A DNA stretch of 58,140 bases from an uncultured Candidatus Saccharibacteria bacterium (GCA_964571085.1 CAZMZT010000004.1:1-58140); one strand, 5' to 3'; shown: positions 11,242-18,973, counted from the first letter of the stretch. Notes: generated by a model not told the origin, from the sequence alone. A program made the numbers and translations.

Positions 11242-11250
11242 TTATCCACA
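11242..11250 (+). promoter_or_regulatory. perfect DnaA box TTATCCACA
   Basis: Exact 9-mer located 10 nt upstream of the -35 of the lexA-operon promoter. Confidence 0.5.
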
Positions 11251-11259
11251 GATATTTAC

Positions 11260-11288
11260 TTGACCGTGAACGAGCGTTCACATATACT
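11260..11288 (+). promoter_or_regulatory. promoter TTGACC-17-TATACT with a LexA (Cheo-type) box in the spacer
   Basis: Palindrome GTGAACGAGCGTTCAC at 11266-11281, with core GAAC-N4-GTTC at 11268-11279, exactly between -35 (11260-11265) and -10 (11283-11288). Confidence 0.75.
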
Positions 11289-11332
11289 ATATAGGTAGTC
11301 GATTGTTATAAATGTAGAGGTTAAATAAATAT

Positions 11333-11527
11333 ATGAACAGAGTACAATATGTCAAAATAATAGAGAGGGAATTACAAACTCTAAACAAAAGGATCGATAT
11401 GAAGATCCTCCAAGGTCTCGAGTACCGCAAGGAAGCTCGAGAGCACAAGATACTGCAGAAGAAGATGCTCCAGCATTCTCAGAGAAGTATCTTTCAGAAA
11501 TTTTTTCCTACGCTAGCTCACTTCTAA
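11333..11527 (+). CDS. small hypothetical helical protein, first gene of the LexA-box operon
   Basis: 64-aa ORF, basic and helical-looking, ending 3 nt before lexA. No family recognised. Confidence 0.55.
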   Translation: MNRVQYVKIIERELQTLNKRIDMKILQGLEYRKEAREHKILQKKMLQHSQRSIFQKFFPTLAHF

Positions 11528-11530
11528 TAT

Positions 11531-12097
11531 ATGTATAACAATTACAAAGACAAACTCCTTTCGTTCTACCGCAGAGAAAAGCGCATGCCCACATACACAG
11601 AGATGATGGCGCTTTTCCAGTTCAAGTCCAAGAATGCAGTCGCTCGCCTTGTCGATAAATTCATCGACGCAGGACTAGTTGCCAAAGACCACCTTGGTAG
11701 ATTGATCCCCGAGGAATCACTAGGTGGCATTCCACTCCTCGGTCAAGTTACTGCCGGGTTCCCAGCCACAGTTGAAGAAGAAATGTCTGAAACAGTAAAC
11801 ATAGACGACTACCTCTCTACAGGCTCTGGCAATTCTTATATGCTCAAAGTTGATGGCAACTCCATGATCGATGCTCACATAGCCGACGGCGACATGGTTC
11901 TGGTAGAGAAGACCAACAAAGCCAAAGATGGCGAGATAGTCATAGCCAATGTAGACGGAGAGTTCACTATGAAGTACTTCCGTAAAGTTGGCGAGAAAGT
12001 GTGGCTCGAACCAGCAAACAAAGACTTCAGCCCTATATACCCAGAGCAGTACCTCACTATTGTTGCTATAGTCAAAGCCGTCATCCGCAAATACTAG
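11531..12097 (+). CDS. lexA: LexA repressor (S24 peptidase)
   Basis: N-terminal wHTH; cleavage region LLGQVTAGFP; catalytic GNSM Ser and TMKYF Lys. Confidence 0.93.
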   Translation: MYNNYKDKLLSFYRREKRMPTYTEMMALFQFKSKNAVARLVDKFIDAGLVAKDHLGRLIPEESLGGIPLLGQVTAGFPATVEEEMSETVNIDDYLSTGSGNSYMLKVDGNSMIDAHIADGDMVLVEKTNKAKDGEIVIANVDGEFTMKYFRKVGEKVWLEPANKDFSPIYPEQYLTIVAIVKAVIRKY

Positions 12098-12114
12098 ATG
12101 CTATACTAAAGGTT

Positions 12115-13785
12115 ATGACTCAAGCTCAAGCACTCGCTATCTTAAAGACTGGTGTGAATGTATACCTCACAGGTAGTGCCGGAGCAGGCAAAACTTATTT
12201 ACTAAACCAATATATTAAATACCTAGAGAACCACGACATCCCCGTGGCTGTTACTGCTTCTACTGGTATCGCAGCTACACATATGAACGGCATGACTATC
12301 CATGGCTGGTCTGGAATCGGGATCAAAGAGAGTATAACTGAACACGACCTCGATGCACTCGAAGACAAACAATACCTCTGGAAACGTTTCGATAAAGCAC
12401 GAGTGCTGATCATCGACGAGGTGTCCATGCTACACGCACATCGCCTAGACATGGTAGAGAAGGTCTGCCGAAGGTTCAAACGCAACAACAAGCCATTTGG
12501 AGGGCTCCAAGTCATACTCTCTGGCGACTTCTTTCAGTTACCACCGATAAATAAATCGAACGACCCAGATCTAAAAGACATGGTCATCTACAGTGAAGCG
12601 TGGGCGCTCATGAACCCAGCCATCTGCTACCTCACCGAGCAACACCGTCAAGAAGACGAAGTACTAACCGATATCTTAAACACTATCAGGGATGACTCTA
12701 TCGATGAAGAGCATTACAAACATTTGGAAACCCGACTCAATGCTGAACTACCTCAAGGCATCCGTGCCACTCGGCTATACACTCACAATGCCAATGTAGA
12801 CACCGAGAACGACATGGAGCTCGGAACTATAAACTCCGAAGAGAGAGTTTTCAATATGACATCCACAGGACCAGAACCACTAGTAGAAATCCTCAAGAAA
12901 AGTTGCCTGGCTCACCAGTCACTACGACTCAAAGTTGGAGCAGAAGTCATGTGCATCAAGAATAACTTCGAAGAAGGCTATGTGAATGGTACTCGTGGCA
13001 AAGTAGTCCACTTCCTAGACACAGACGGCACACCAGTCATAGAGCTCTACAATGGCAAGGTCATCTATGCCACAGCGTCCACATGGGAGATAGAGGAGAA
13101 CGGCAAAGTCAAAGCATCTATAAGCCAGCTCCCACTGCGCCTAGCTTGGGCTATAACCATCCACAAGAGCCAGGGAATGTCGCTCGACAATGCAGAGATA
13201 GACCTGTCGAATACTTTCGCATATGGCATGGGCTATGTGGCTCTGTCCCGAGTACGTACGCTATCTGGAATCCGTCTGGTTGGCTTCCATCCAGATTCAT
13301 TGAAAGTCGACCCGAAGGTCCTAGCCTTTGACCAAGGCCTACGCAACGAAAGCACTGCCAATGAACAAATGTTTAGCAAGCTAAAGAAGGGCGAACAGGA
13401 GAAGCTTGAGCATGACTTCATACTCCGCATGGGTGGCAGTATAGAGACTGGCAAGAAGTCCAAGCAACCAGTTGTAAAAGTTTCTACTATAATGATTACC
13501 AAGGATTTGCTTGATCAAGGCAAAAGCATCAGCCAGATATCCAAAGACCGTGGGCTTACCAAAGGCACCATAACTCACCATATAGAGCAGATAATGGAGC
13601 AATTCCCAGAGACTATCATCACTCACATCCGCCCCAAACAGAAAGACATAGACTTAGTAAAGAAGGCCAACAGCACACTTGAAGGCGAAGAAGTAGGCAA
13701 ACTGTCACCGATCAAATCAATCCTAGAGAAGGGTGGTCACAACTTATCATTTGAAGATATACGTCTAGCAAAGTTATTTATATGA
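12115..13785 (+). CDS. Pif1/RecD-family ATP-dependent DNA helicase with C-terminal HTH domain
   Basis: Walker A GSAGAGKT; VLIIDEVSM; GDFFQLPPI; TIHKSQGMS; C-terminal ISQISKDRGLTKGTITHHIEQ. Start taken at ATG 12115 (the ORF extension overlaps lexA). Confidence 0.88.
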   Translation: MTQAQALAILKTGVNVYLTGSAGAGKTYLLNQYIKYLENHDIPVAVTASTGIAATHMNGMTIHGWSGIGIKESITEHDLDALEDKQYLWKRFDKARVLIIDEVSMLHAHRLDMVEKVCRRFKRNNKPFGGLQVILSGDFFQLPPINKSNDPDLKDMVIYSEAWALMNPAICYLTEQHRQEDEVLTDILNTIRDDSIDEEHYKHLETRLNAELPQGIRATRLYTHNANVDTENDMELGTINSEERVFNMTSTGPEPLVEILKKSCLAHQSLRLKVGAEVMCIKNNFEEGYVNGTRGKVVHFLDTDGTPVIELYNGKVIYATASTWEIEENGKVKASISQLPLRLAWAITIHKSQGMSLDNAEIDLSNTFAYGMGYVALSRVRTLSGIRLVGFHPDSLKVDPKVLAFDQGLRNESTANEQMFSKLKKGEQEKLEHDFILRMGGSIETGKKSKQPVVKVSTIMITKDLLDQGKSISQISKDRGLTKGTITHHIEQIMEQFPETIITHIRPKQKDIDLVKKANSTLEGEEVGKLSPIKSILEKGGHNLSFEDIRLAKLFI

Positions 13786-14060
13786 TCAAGAAAGAAAAAG
13801 GTTTGAGTTTGTTTACACAGAGAGTTCTCAATATAGTTTCTGGGATTAAAAAAGGTCAAACTATGACTTATAAAGAGGTGGCGAGTAGAGCTGGTAGTCC
13901 GGGTGCCGCTCGTGCAGTAGGCTCAATCATGAAAGCAAACTACAGACCTGGTGTACCTTGTCATAGAGTCATCCGCAGTGATGGAGTCATAGGGGAGTAC
14001 AATCGTGGTGGTCCATCTGAGAAGTACAAGAAATTAAAAAGAGAAGGGGTTATAAAATAA
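13782..14060 (+). CDS. MGMT-family methylated-DNA-protein-cysteine methyltransferase domain protein
   Basis: Active-site PCHRVI and the AARAVG helix. 92 aa, C-terminal domain only. ATGA overlap with the helicase stop. Confidence 0.85.
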   Translation: MIKKEKGLSLFTQRVLNIVSGIKKGQTMTYKEVASRAGSPGAARAVGSIMKANYRPGVPCHRVIRSDGVIGEYNRGGPSEKYKKLKREGVIK

Positions 14061-14287
14061 TGTATATACATGTAAAAGTTACAACTGAGGCCAAGAAAGA
14101 ATTTATAAAAGGAAAAAGTTCTGATCACTTTGAGATTTCTGTTCGTGAACCCGCCGAGCGCAACCTTGCCAATACTCGCATCATAGAACTACTAGCACTA
14201 CATTTAAAAATTCCTAAATCTAATGTTCGCATTATCAACGGTCACCATAGTCCAAGTAAGCTTGTATCCATAAAAGATGAAGAATAG
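14060..14287 (+). CDS. DUF167 (YggU-like) protein
   Basis: V.V.. pattern, ..ERNLANTRIIELLALHLKIPKSNVRIINGHHSPSKLV, matching the DUF167 consensus from memory. Confidence 0.7.
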   Translation: MYIHVKVTTEAKKEFIKGKSSDHFEISVREPAERNLANTRIIELLALHLKIPKSNVRIINGHHSPSKLVSIKDEE

Positions 14288-14570
14288 AGAATGTAAAATC
14301 AAGGCAGAAGTGTGGCGATGGCCTGGGGAAGGTGGCTGGCATTTTATCACCCTAGACAAGGCACTCTCCCAGCAGATTCGGAAATCCTACCCTAAAGGGT
14401 TTGTAAAGATAAAAGCTAAGATAGGCCAAACTTCTTGGGACACTTCACTTTTCCCACACAAGAGATCAGAGTCATACCTGCTATCAGTAAAAGCTTTGGT
14501 TCGCAAGAAAGAGGATATTTTCGAAGGGGATGAAGTAAAAATTGGATTTAGAATTATTGGCACTAACTAG
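14277..14570 (+). CDS. DUF1905-like protein
   Basis: GGWHFITL..VKIKAKIGQTSWDTSLFP..YLLSVKALVRKKEDIFEGDEV pattern. Overlaps the previous gene by 11 nt. Confidence 0.65.
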   Translation: MKNRECKIKAEVWRWPGEGGWHFITLDKALSQQIRKSYPKGFVKIKAKIGQTSWDTSLFPHKRSESYLLSVKALVRKKEDIFEGDEVKIGFRIIGTN

Positions 14571-14595
14571 TAGCAAGGACTGTCCTTGCTACTAG
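14567..14595 (+). terminator. perfect palindromic hairpin at the operon end (no T-run)
   Basis: CTAGTAGCAAGGAC-T-GTCCTTGCTACTAG, overlapping the stop codon of DUF1905. Confidence 0.45.
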
Positions 14596-14620
14596 GTCAA
14601 GTGTGGTATCATTAGAGCAT

Positions 14621-15019
14621 ATGAACAATTCCTACAACTGGTACTCGACATTACTAAAGCCCTCCTGGGCCCCACCATCATGGCTATTTGGCCCTGTGTG
14701 GTCACTCCTCTATATCCTCATCGCTATCTCATTTGGCAAGGTGTTCATGATGCTATATCAGAGGCAAATATCTATTTGGGTGGCTTTGCCATTTATACTC
14801 AACCTTATTTTCAATTTCTCTTTCACATACTTCCAGTTCGGGCTCAAGAACAACCTCTTGGCAGCCATCGACATCCTCCTAGTCCTCACCACACTCATCT
14901 GGGCCATGGTAGCTATCTACCCATATGCCAAGTGGATCACCTATATCCAGATCCCTTATGTCCTTTGGGTATCTTTCGCAACAGTTTTACAACTAACAAT
15001 TACGTGGATAAATAGATAA
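14621..15019 (+). CDS. tspO: TspO/MBR tryptophan-rich sensory protein
   Basis: WYSTLLKPSWAPPSWLFGPVWSLLY signature with 5 TM helices. ATG 14621 lies 8 nt after the -10 element TGGTATCAT (14604-14612). The GTG at 14603 is unlikely. Confidence 0.88.
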   Translation: MNNSYNWYSTLLKPSWAPPSWLFGPVWSLLYILIAISFGKVFMMLYQRQISIWVALPFILNLIFNFSFTYFQFGLKNNLLAAIDILLVLTTLIWAMVAIYPYAKWITYIQIPYVLWVSFATVLQLTITWINR

Positions 15020-15033
15020 TTCATACTTCTCTC

Positions 15034-15120
15034 ATGTCTAAAAAAATCTCCATTGTGGTTTTGGCTGTGATTATCCTTGTGGCAGGGTACTTTATACAAC
15101 CAAAGAATTCAAACTACTAA
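15034..15120 (+). CDS. possible 28-aa hydrophobic micro-ORF
   Basis: MSKKISIVVLAVIILVAGYFIQPKNSNY. Found by eye; no further support. Confidence 0.2.
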   Translation: MSKKISIVVLAVIILVAGYFIQPKNSNY

Positions 15121-15174
15121 GCTACGCTCGCATAGAGTACGAAGCGTCGAACTAGCTGGACAGGCCTTGACTCA

Positions 15175-15202
15175 TTGACACCTTCTGGCGTGAGCGTATA
15201 CT
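15175..15202 (+). promoter_or_regulatory. promoter TTGACA-16-TATACT
   Basis: Hexamers at 15175-15180 and 15197-15202, upstream of ORF 15245. Confidence 0.5.
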
Positions 15203-15244
15203 TAAAGCAGAACGAAACCGTAATTTCACACTAAACTTTCAAGC

Positions 15245-15604
15245 ATGAAAAAGATTACACAGTTATTTCTTACAATGACAGTAGTTGCTTTCATTGTACC
15301 TTCGAATTTAAATGCTTCAGATCATCAGGCAAAAGCACCAGGTGATTCTGTAAAAATGAAGCTTTACCCTTGCCCGGCCACAAGCCAGATTCAGATCGAG
15401 TCTGACAAAGCAAGGCCTGATGCAACAGTGCACATACTTGCATTGGATGGCAAAGAAGTTTACAGGGGTAGGTTTGGCAACGGCATTATTCTTTTCAATG
15501 ATGATGCAAAGTATCCAGCCAGATCGGCTGTATATGTGATTAAAGTCACAAATCCAGATGGTAAGTACGTTGAATCTAAACAATTTGTAAAGTTCCGTGG
15601 TTAA
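15245..15604 (+). CDS. small secreted protein consisting of a signal peptide plus a T9SS-type (Por) C-terminal sorting-domain-like module
   Basis: Signal peptide MKKITQLFLTMTVVAFIVPSNLNA. It is followed by LYPCPATSQIQIES...VHILALDGKEVY...YVIKVTNPDGKYVESKQFVK, which resembles the yPNPa..l.i / v.i.d..Gk.v / Y.v.v CTD pattern. Confidence 0.6.
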   Translation: MKKITQLFLTMTVVAFIVPSNLNASDHQAKAPGDSVKMKLYPCPATSQIQIESDKARPDATVHILALDGKEVYRGRFGNGIILFNDDAKYPARSAVYVIKVTNPDGKYVESKQFVKFRG

Positions 15605-15627
15605 CCTAACCGCAAGAAAACAACGAA

Positions 15628-15654
15628 GCCATCGCATATGCATGCGGTGGCTTT
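15628..15654 (+). terminator. hairpin terminator (short T-run)
   Basis: GCCATCGCAT / ATGCGGTGGC 10-bp stem (one G-U pair), loop ATGC, then TTTC. Confidence 0.55.
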
Positions 15655-15723
15655 CAAAAATATATTAAATCCATAAATAAAAACCCCGAGGTAGAAACCC
15701 CGGGATTTAACCAAAACCAGAAA

Positions 15724-15852
15724 CTATGTCTTTTTAAATTCTTTAATAATTAACAAGTATGCAAGAACTGCGCAAACAAACCCGGCCATAATAACGAACA
15801 TTGTTTGAACGCTACCTATAGTAGTAAGTAGTGGATTTATATTTATAATCAT
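15724..15852 (-). CDS. possible 42-aa hydrophobic micro-ORF
   Basis: MIININPLLTTIGSVQTMFVIMAGFVCAVLAYLLIIKEFKKT, with one TM helix. Found by eye. Confidence 0.25.
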   Translation of the reverse strand: MIININPLLTTIGSVQTMFVIMAGFVCAVLAYLLIIKEFKKT

Positions 15853-15997
15853 AACTTATGATTTATATAGTGAGGAAATCGATTTTACTTACTATAATTA
15901 AAGTACTTTTAGGATAGTTTGTCAATGGCATATTGTGTAGTTATACCTATAGGAAATGGTATAATATACCTATATTAATAGTAACCGGAATTACATT

Positions 15998-16252
15998 ATG
16001 CCAACAAAAACATCTGCATTTATGAAACCAATGACTATCAGCGCTGATCTAGCTGCTGTAGTAGGTAAGGGCCCTATGCCTCGTTCAGAAGTTGTAAAAG
16101 CTCTCTGGGTATACATCAAGAAGAACAACCTTCAAGACCCTAAAGCAAAACGCAACATCGTCGCAGACGAGAACCTCAAGAAAGTATTCGGTGGTAAAGC
16201 TGTAGTAAACATGTTTGAGATGACAAAACTCGTTTCAAAGCATCTTTCATAA
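15998..16252 (+). CDS. SWIB/MDM2 domain protein
   Basis: ISADLAAVVG..PMPRSEVVKALWVYIKKNNLQDP..KRNIVADENLKKVFG is the classic SWIB pattern. TGGTATAAT lies at 15957-15965. Confidence 0.88.
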   Translation: MPTKTSAFMKPMTISADLAAVVGKGPMPRSEVVKALWVYIKKNNLQDPKAKRNIVADENLKKVFGGKAVVNMFEMTKLVSKHLS

Positions 16253-16270
16253 AAATTTTATAAATGAAAA

Positions 16271-16307
16271 GCCCTTTGCATTTTACTGCAAGGGGCCTTT
16301 TCTTTTT
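16271..16307. terminator. bidirectional rho-independent terminator
   Basis: GCCCTTTGCA / TGCAAGGGGC stem with A- and T-runs on both sides, between convergent genes. Confidence 0.75.
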
Positions 16308-16316
16308 GGGGTAGGA

Positions 16317-16532
16317 CTAGTTTCTTGCAAGTTTTTTGAATGGCTTCTTACTTGCCACGTACCACGTAGTAATCAATACTACTCCCAAAGAGGAGAAGTA
16401 TAGCGATACAATGAGAGTGCGTGAATCTTTGAAATCAGGTGAATTCCAATGCATGAAAATCCCGATTCCAACCATTGATGATAAAATAATGAAACTCGCC
16501 AAAAAAACTGCGAACGCTGAAATGTGCTTCAT
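16317..16532 (-). CDS. hypothetical small membrane protein
   Basis: 71 aa with two hydrophobic helices. Confidence 0.5.
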   Translation of the reverse strand: MKHISAFAVFLASFIILSSMVGIGIFMHWNSPDFKDSRTLIVSLYFSSLGVVLITTWYVASKKPFKKLARN

Positions 16533-16626
16533 AAAAACGGATTTTAATATTACTTATATTATAGCAAAAATAACCCCATTTGTCAATGTTTTTCAATATA
16601 TCCTTATAAAATGGTATAATTCGTAT

Positions 16627-17688
16627 ATGAAAAATAAGACTAAAAAAATCATAAAAATATGCGCTTTTATTTTATTGTTGCTTCTGCTGTGGGGTGGGTA
16701 CAGAATAAATAGGAGTAAGATGTCAGAATTTAACGCTCTCCAAACATTAACTCAATCTTATAGCGCCACCACTATCGAAAGAGTTGCAAATTCAATAGTC
16801 ACTTTACCTGACGGGAATACAGTTGTAGGCATAAAAGATTTTATCGGTCTATACAAATACACAGATGGATCTACAGGCAAAGCTGAGATAGCTCATAAAT
16901 ACCTAAAAACAAATTTTATCGAGGGAGCATACAGAGGTAAATCACCTAGACTCGACGCACTCGTGCCAATGACTGTAGATATTGATTCTCTTGATGGATC
17001 CACTTTTATAGTTTTATTCCATGACAGAGGGGATGTAGCGCTAGAAAAATCATACGCAAGGATAGGGGATATAAGTGTAGTAATAGGAGATATATATATA
17101 ACAAAAGGGGAGAAGAGTGACGAAGAATACAGGGTTACTATAGACTACTCCCAAAGATCTATTCCCAAGAAAATCATAATCCCAGTTATAGATGGGCATT
17201 TCAATGCAGAGAGAGCTATCACAGGAACTGAAGTTCTACCAAGTGTTCCAACCTCTGAAGAACCTGTCGCGTGTACAATGGAAGCAAAGCAATGTCCTGA
17301 TGGATCATTTGTAGGAAGAACTGGCCCTAAATGTGAATTCCAAGCTTGTCCAAATACTACAGAGGAGAAGGGAACCCTATCAGGGAAAGTATCTATCGGT
17401 CCAGTGTGTGGTGGTCCAGAGAGGATAGACAATCCTTGTAAACCAACCAAAGAAATGTATGCAGCTAGGAAAGTTTATGTTTATAAATCAGATAGGAAGA
17501 CACTGGTCACAACTCTGACTCCAGATAGTGAAGGTAGATTCTCAACTTCACTTACAGTTGGTGGATACTATGTTGATGTCGAAAAGAGTGGGCCAGTGGA
17601 GAATGTAATAGGTGCTCCTACTACTGTTTTGATAAAGTGGAAAGTTGAGTCAACAATCCATATTGAGATCGATACTGGAATAAGATAA
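16627..17688 (+). CDS. hypothetical membrane-anchored/secreted protein with a Cys-rich module
   Basis: MKNKTKKIIKICAFILLLLLLWGG anchor; CTMEAKQCPDGSFVGRTGPKCEFQACP. ATG 16627 lies 6 nt after TGGTATAAT (16612-16620). The upstream 97 codons of the ORF were rejected. Confidence 0.65.
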   Translation: MKNKTKKIIKICAFILLLLLLWGGYRINRSKMSEFNALQTLTQSYSATTIERVANSIVTLPDGNTVVGIKDFIGLYKYTDGSTGKAEIAHKYLKTNFIEGAYRGKSPRLDALVPMTVDIDSLDGSTFIVLFHDRGDVALEKSYARIGDISVVIGDIYITKGEKSDEEYRVTIDYSQRSIPKKIIIPVIDGHFNAERAITGTEVLPSVPTSEEPVACTMEAKQCPDGSFVGRTGPKCEFQACPNTTEEKGTLSGKVSIGPVCGGPERIDNPCKPTKEMYAARKVYVYKSDRKTLVTTLTPDSEGRFSTSLTVGGYYVDVEKSGPVENVIGAPTTVLIKWKVESTIHIEIDTGIR

Positions 17689-17689
17689 G

Positions 17690-17938
17690 ATGTACTATCT
17701 ATACATTATCAGATGCAAGGATAAGACTCTATACACTGGTATAACCGTTGATTTGAAACGTAGAGTCAAAGAACACAACTCATCTAGCCTAGGAGCTAAG
17801 TACACTAGGGCAAGGAGACCTGTAGTACTTGTTTATTCCAAGAGGTACAAGAACCGCTCTCTAGCATCAAAAGCTGAGTCAGAACTAAAAGCTAAATCTC
17901 GTAAAGAAAAATTAAAATTAATAAGTGATATGGTATAA
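17690..17938 (+). CDS. GIY-YIG nuclease superfamily protein (UPF0213-like)
   Basis: YYLYIIRCKDKTLYTGITVDLKRRVKEHN. Confidence 0.85.
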   Translation: MYYLYIIRCKDKTLYTGITVDLKRRVKEHNSSSLGAKYTRARRPVVLVYSKRYKNRSLASKAESELKAKSRKEKLKLISDMV

Positions 17939-17946
17939 TATATCAT

Positions 17947-18576
17947 ATGAAGCAATCACGATTAGAAGCACTTGCCGATGGAATATTTGCAATAGTTATG
18001 ACCATACTCGTATTTGAGATACGAGTACCTGAATTTGGAGGCATAGTCACCAACGAAGCACTTTTCAACGCTATCGTCGATATATATCCATTATTCCTGA
18101 GCTACCTTTTAAGTTTCTCTTTACTGTTTACTTATTGGCGTAGCCACCACTACATAGCATCAGTTTTGGCAAAGAATACAGACATCATGCTCTCAAACAT
18201 CAGTGCAGTATTTTTCTTTTTCGTGGCATTGATACCGTTCTCATCACACCTACTGGGAATGTACCACTACACAGAGGTGGCTATAATATTTTTTGCAATC
18301 AATGTAATCCTAATCGGACTTTCACTTTGGGAAATGCGTCGATACATCATAAAGGCCCACGAAATAGAGAACACTCCATTTACAAAGACCGAAAACGAGC
18401 ATGCCAACATGCGCATACTTTTACCAGTAGTTGTGGCGTTTATAGCCATAGTAGTATCATTCTACAACAAAGAAGCAGCACTAGCTTTCTTTACAATAGC
18501 CATACTGTTCAACCTATCAAGACGTAGCACTAAATACATGTTTAAGTTTATAGACCTTTTTAGATCTAAGAATTAG
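17947..18576 (+). CDS. TMEM175/DUF1211 family membrane protein (putative K+ channel)
   Basis: RLEALADGIFAIVMTILVFEI signature helix with about 6 TM helices. ATG lies 7 nt after TGGTATAAT (17931-17939). Confidence 0.8.
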   Translation: MKQSRLEALADGIFAIVMTILVFEIRVPEFGGIVTNEALFNAIVDIYPLFLSYLLSFSLLFTYWRSHHYIASVLAKNTDIMLSNISAVFFFFVALIPFSSHLLGMYHYTEVAIIFFAINVILIGLSLWEMRRYIIKAHEIENTPFTKTENEHANMRILLPVVVAFIAIVVSFYNKEAALAFFTIAILFNLSRRSTKYMFKFIDLFRSKN

Positions 18577-18731
18577 CGCTTCTTCTCGCGCCAGTCGTAC
18601 TCTTCCTCTTCTTCGTCTTTTTTATCTATTATAGGTGTACCGCATACTGCACATTCGCTATCGTACGCACGTAGTCCACAGCGAGGACATGTGGGGTCCT
18701 TCTTCTCTGTTTGTATTTCTTCATCTTCCAT
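18573..18731 (-). CDS. 52-aa zinc-ribbon protein with acidic tail
   Basis: Hand translation gives MEDEEIQTEKKDPTCPRCGLRAYDSECAVCGTPIIDKKDEEEEEYDWREKKR, with a CPxC...CxxC motif. Its stop overlaps the convergent TMEM175 stop by 4 nt. Confidence 0.5.
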   Translation of the reverse strand: MEDEEIQTEKKDPTCPRCGLRAYDSECAVCGTPIIDKKDEEEEEYDWREKKR

Positions 18732-18888
18732 AACAGTATATTAGCATGATATAATAAAAATATTAATAATTAAGTTTGCTACATAGATTATATTCTGAAA
18801 AAAGTCCTCGGATCTCCTGTCCAGCCGCAGGCTCTAGGCAGGCCAGACATTTTTTCATAAAATAATCTATTACGCTTGATAATAATTT

Positions 18889-18951
18889 ATGGCAAAAGGA
18901 ATGGATGCTCGTAAAGAAAAGAAGAAACCAAAAGCTGCAAAGAAGAAATAA
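18889..18951 (+). CDS. possible 20-aa Lys-rich micro-ORF
   Basis: MAKGMDARKEKKKPKAAKKK, ending about 20 nt before terminator 18974-19004. Confidence 0.2.
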   Translation: MAKGMDARKEKKKPKAAKKK

Positions 18952-18973
18952 CCCTAATCAAAAACGGGTAAAC

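Noticed and set aside
12001-12114. N-terminal extension of the helicase ORF.
   Set aside because: It overlaps the lexA 3' end in another frame. ATG 12115 gives a normal helicase N-terminus 17 nt after the lexA stop.
14680-15015. 111-aa alternative frame inside tspO.
   Set aside because: The TspO frame carries the family signature. The alternative frame is His/Pro-rich nonsense.
15601-15618. Shared TAACCGCAAG motif right after the stop codons of ORF 15245 and the LuxR gene (32206-32216).
   Set aside because: A repeated 10-mer is expected many times by chance among all pairs in 58 kb, and there is no extended similarity.
16336-16626. N-terminal 97 codons of ORF 16336-17688.
   Set aside because: This part overlaps the convergent small membrane gene and the promoter. 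Met at 16627 starts a typical anchor sequence right after TGGTATAAT.
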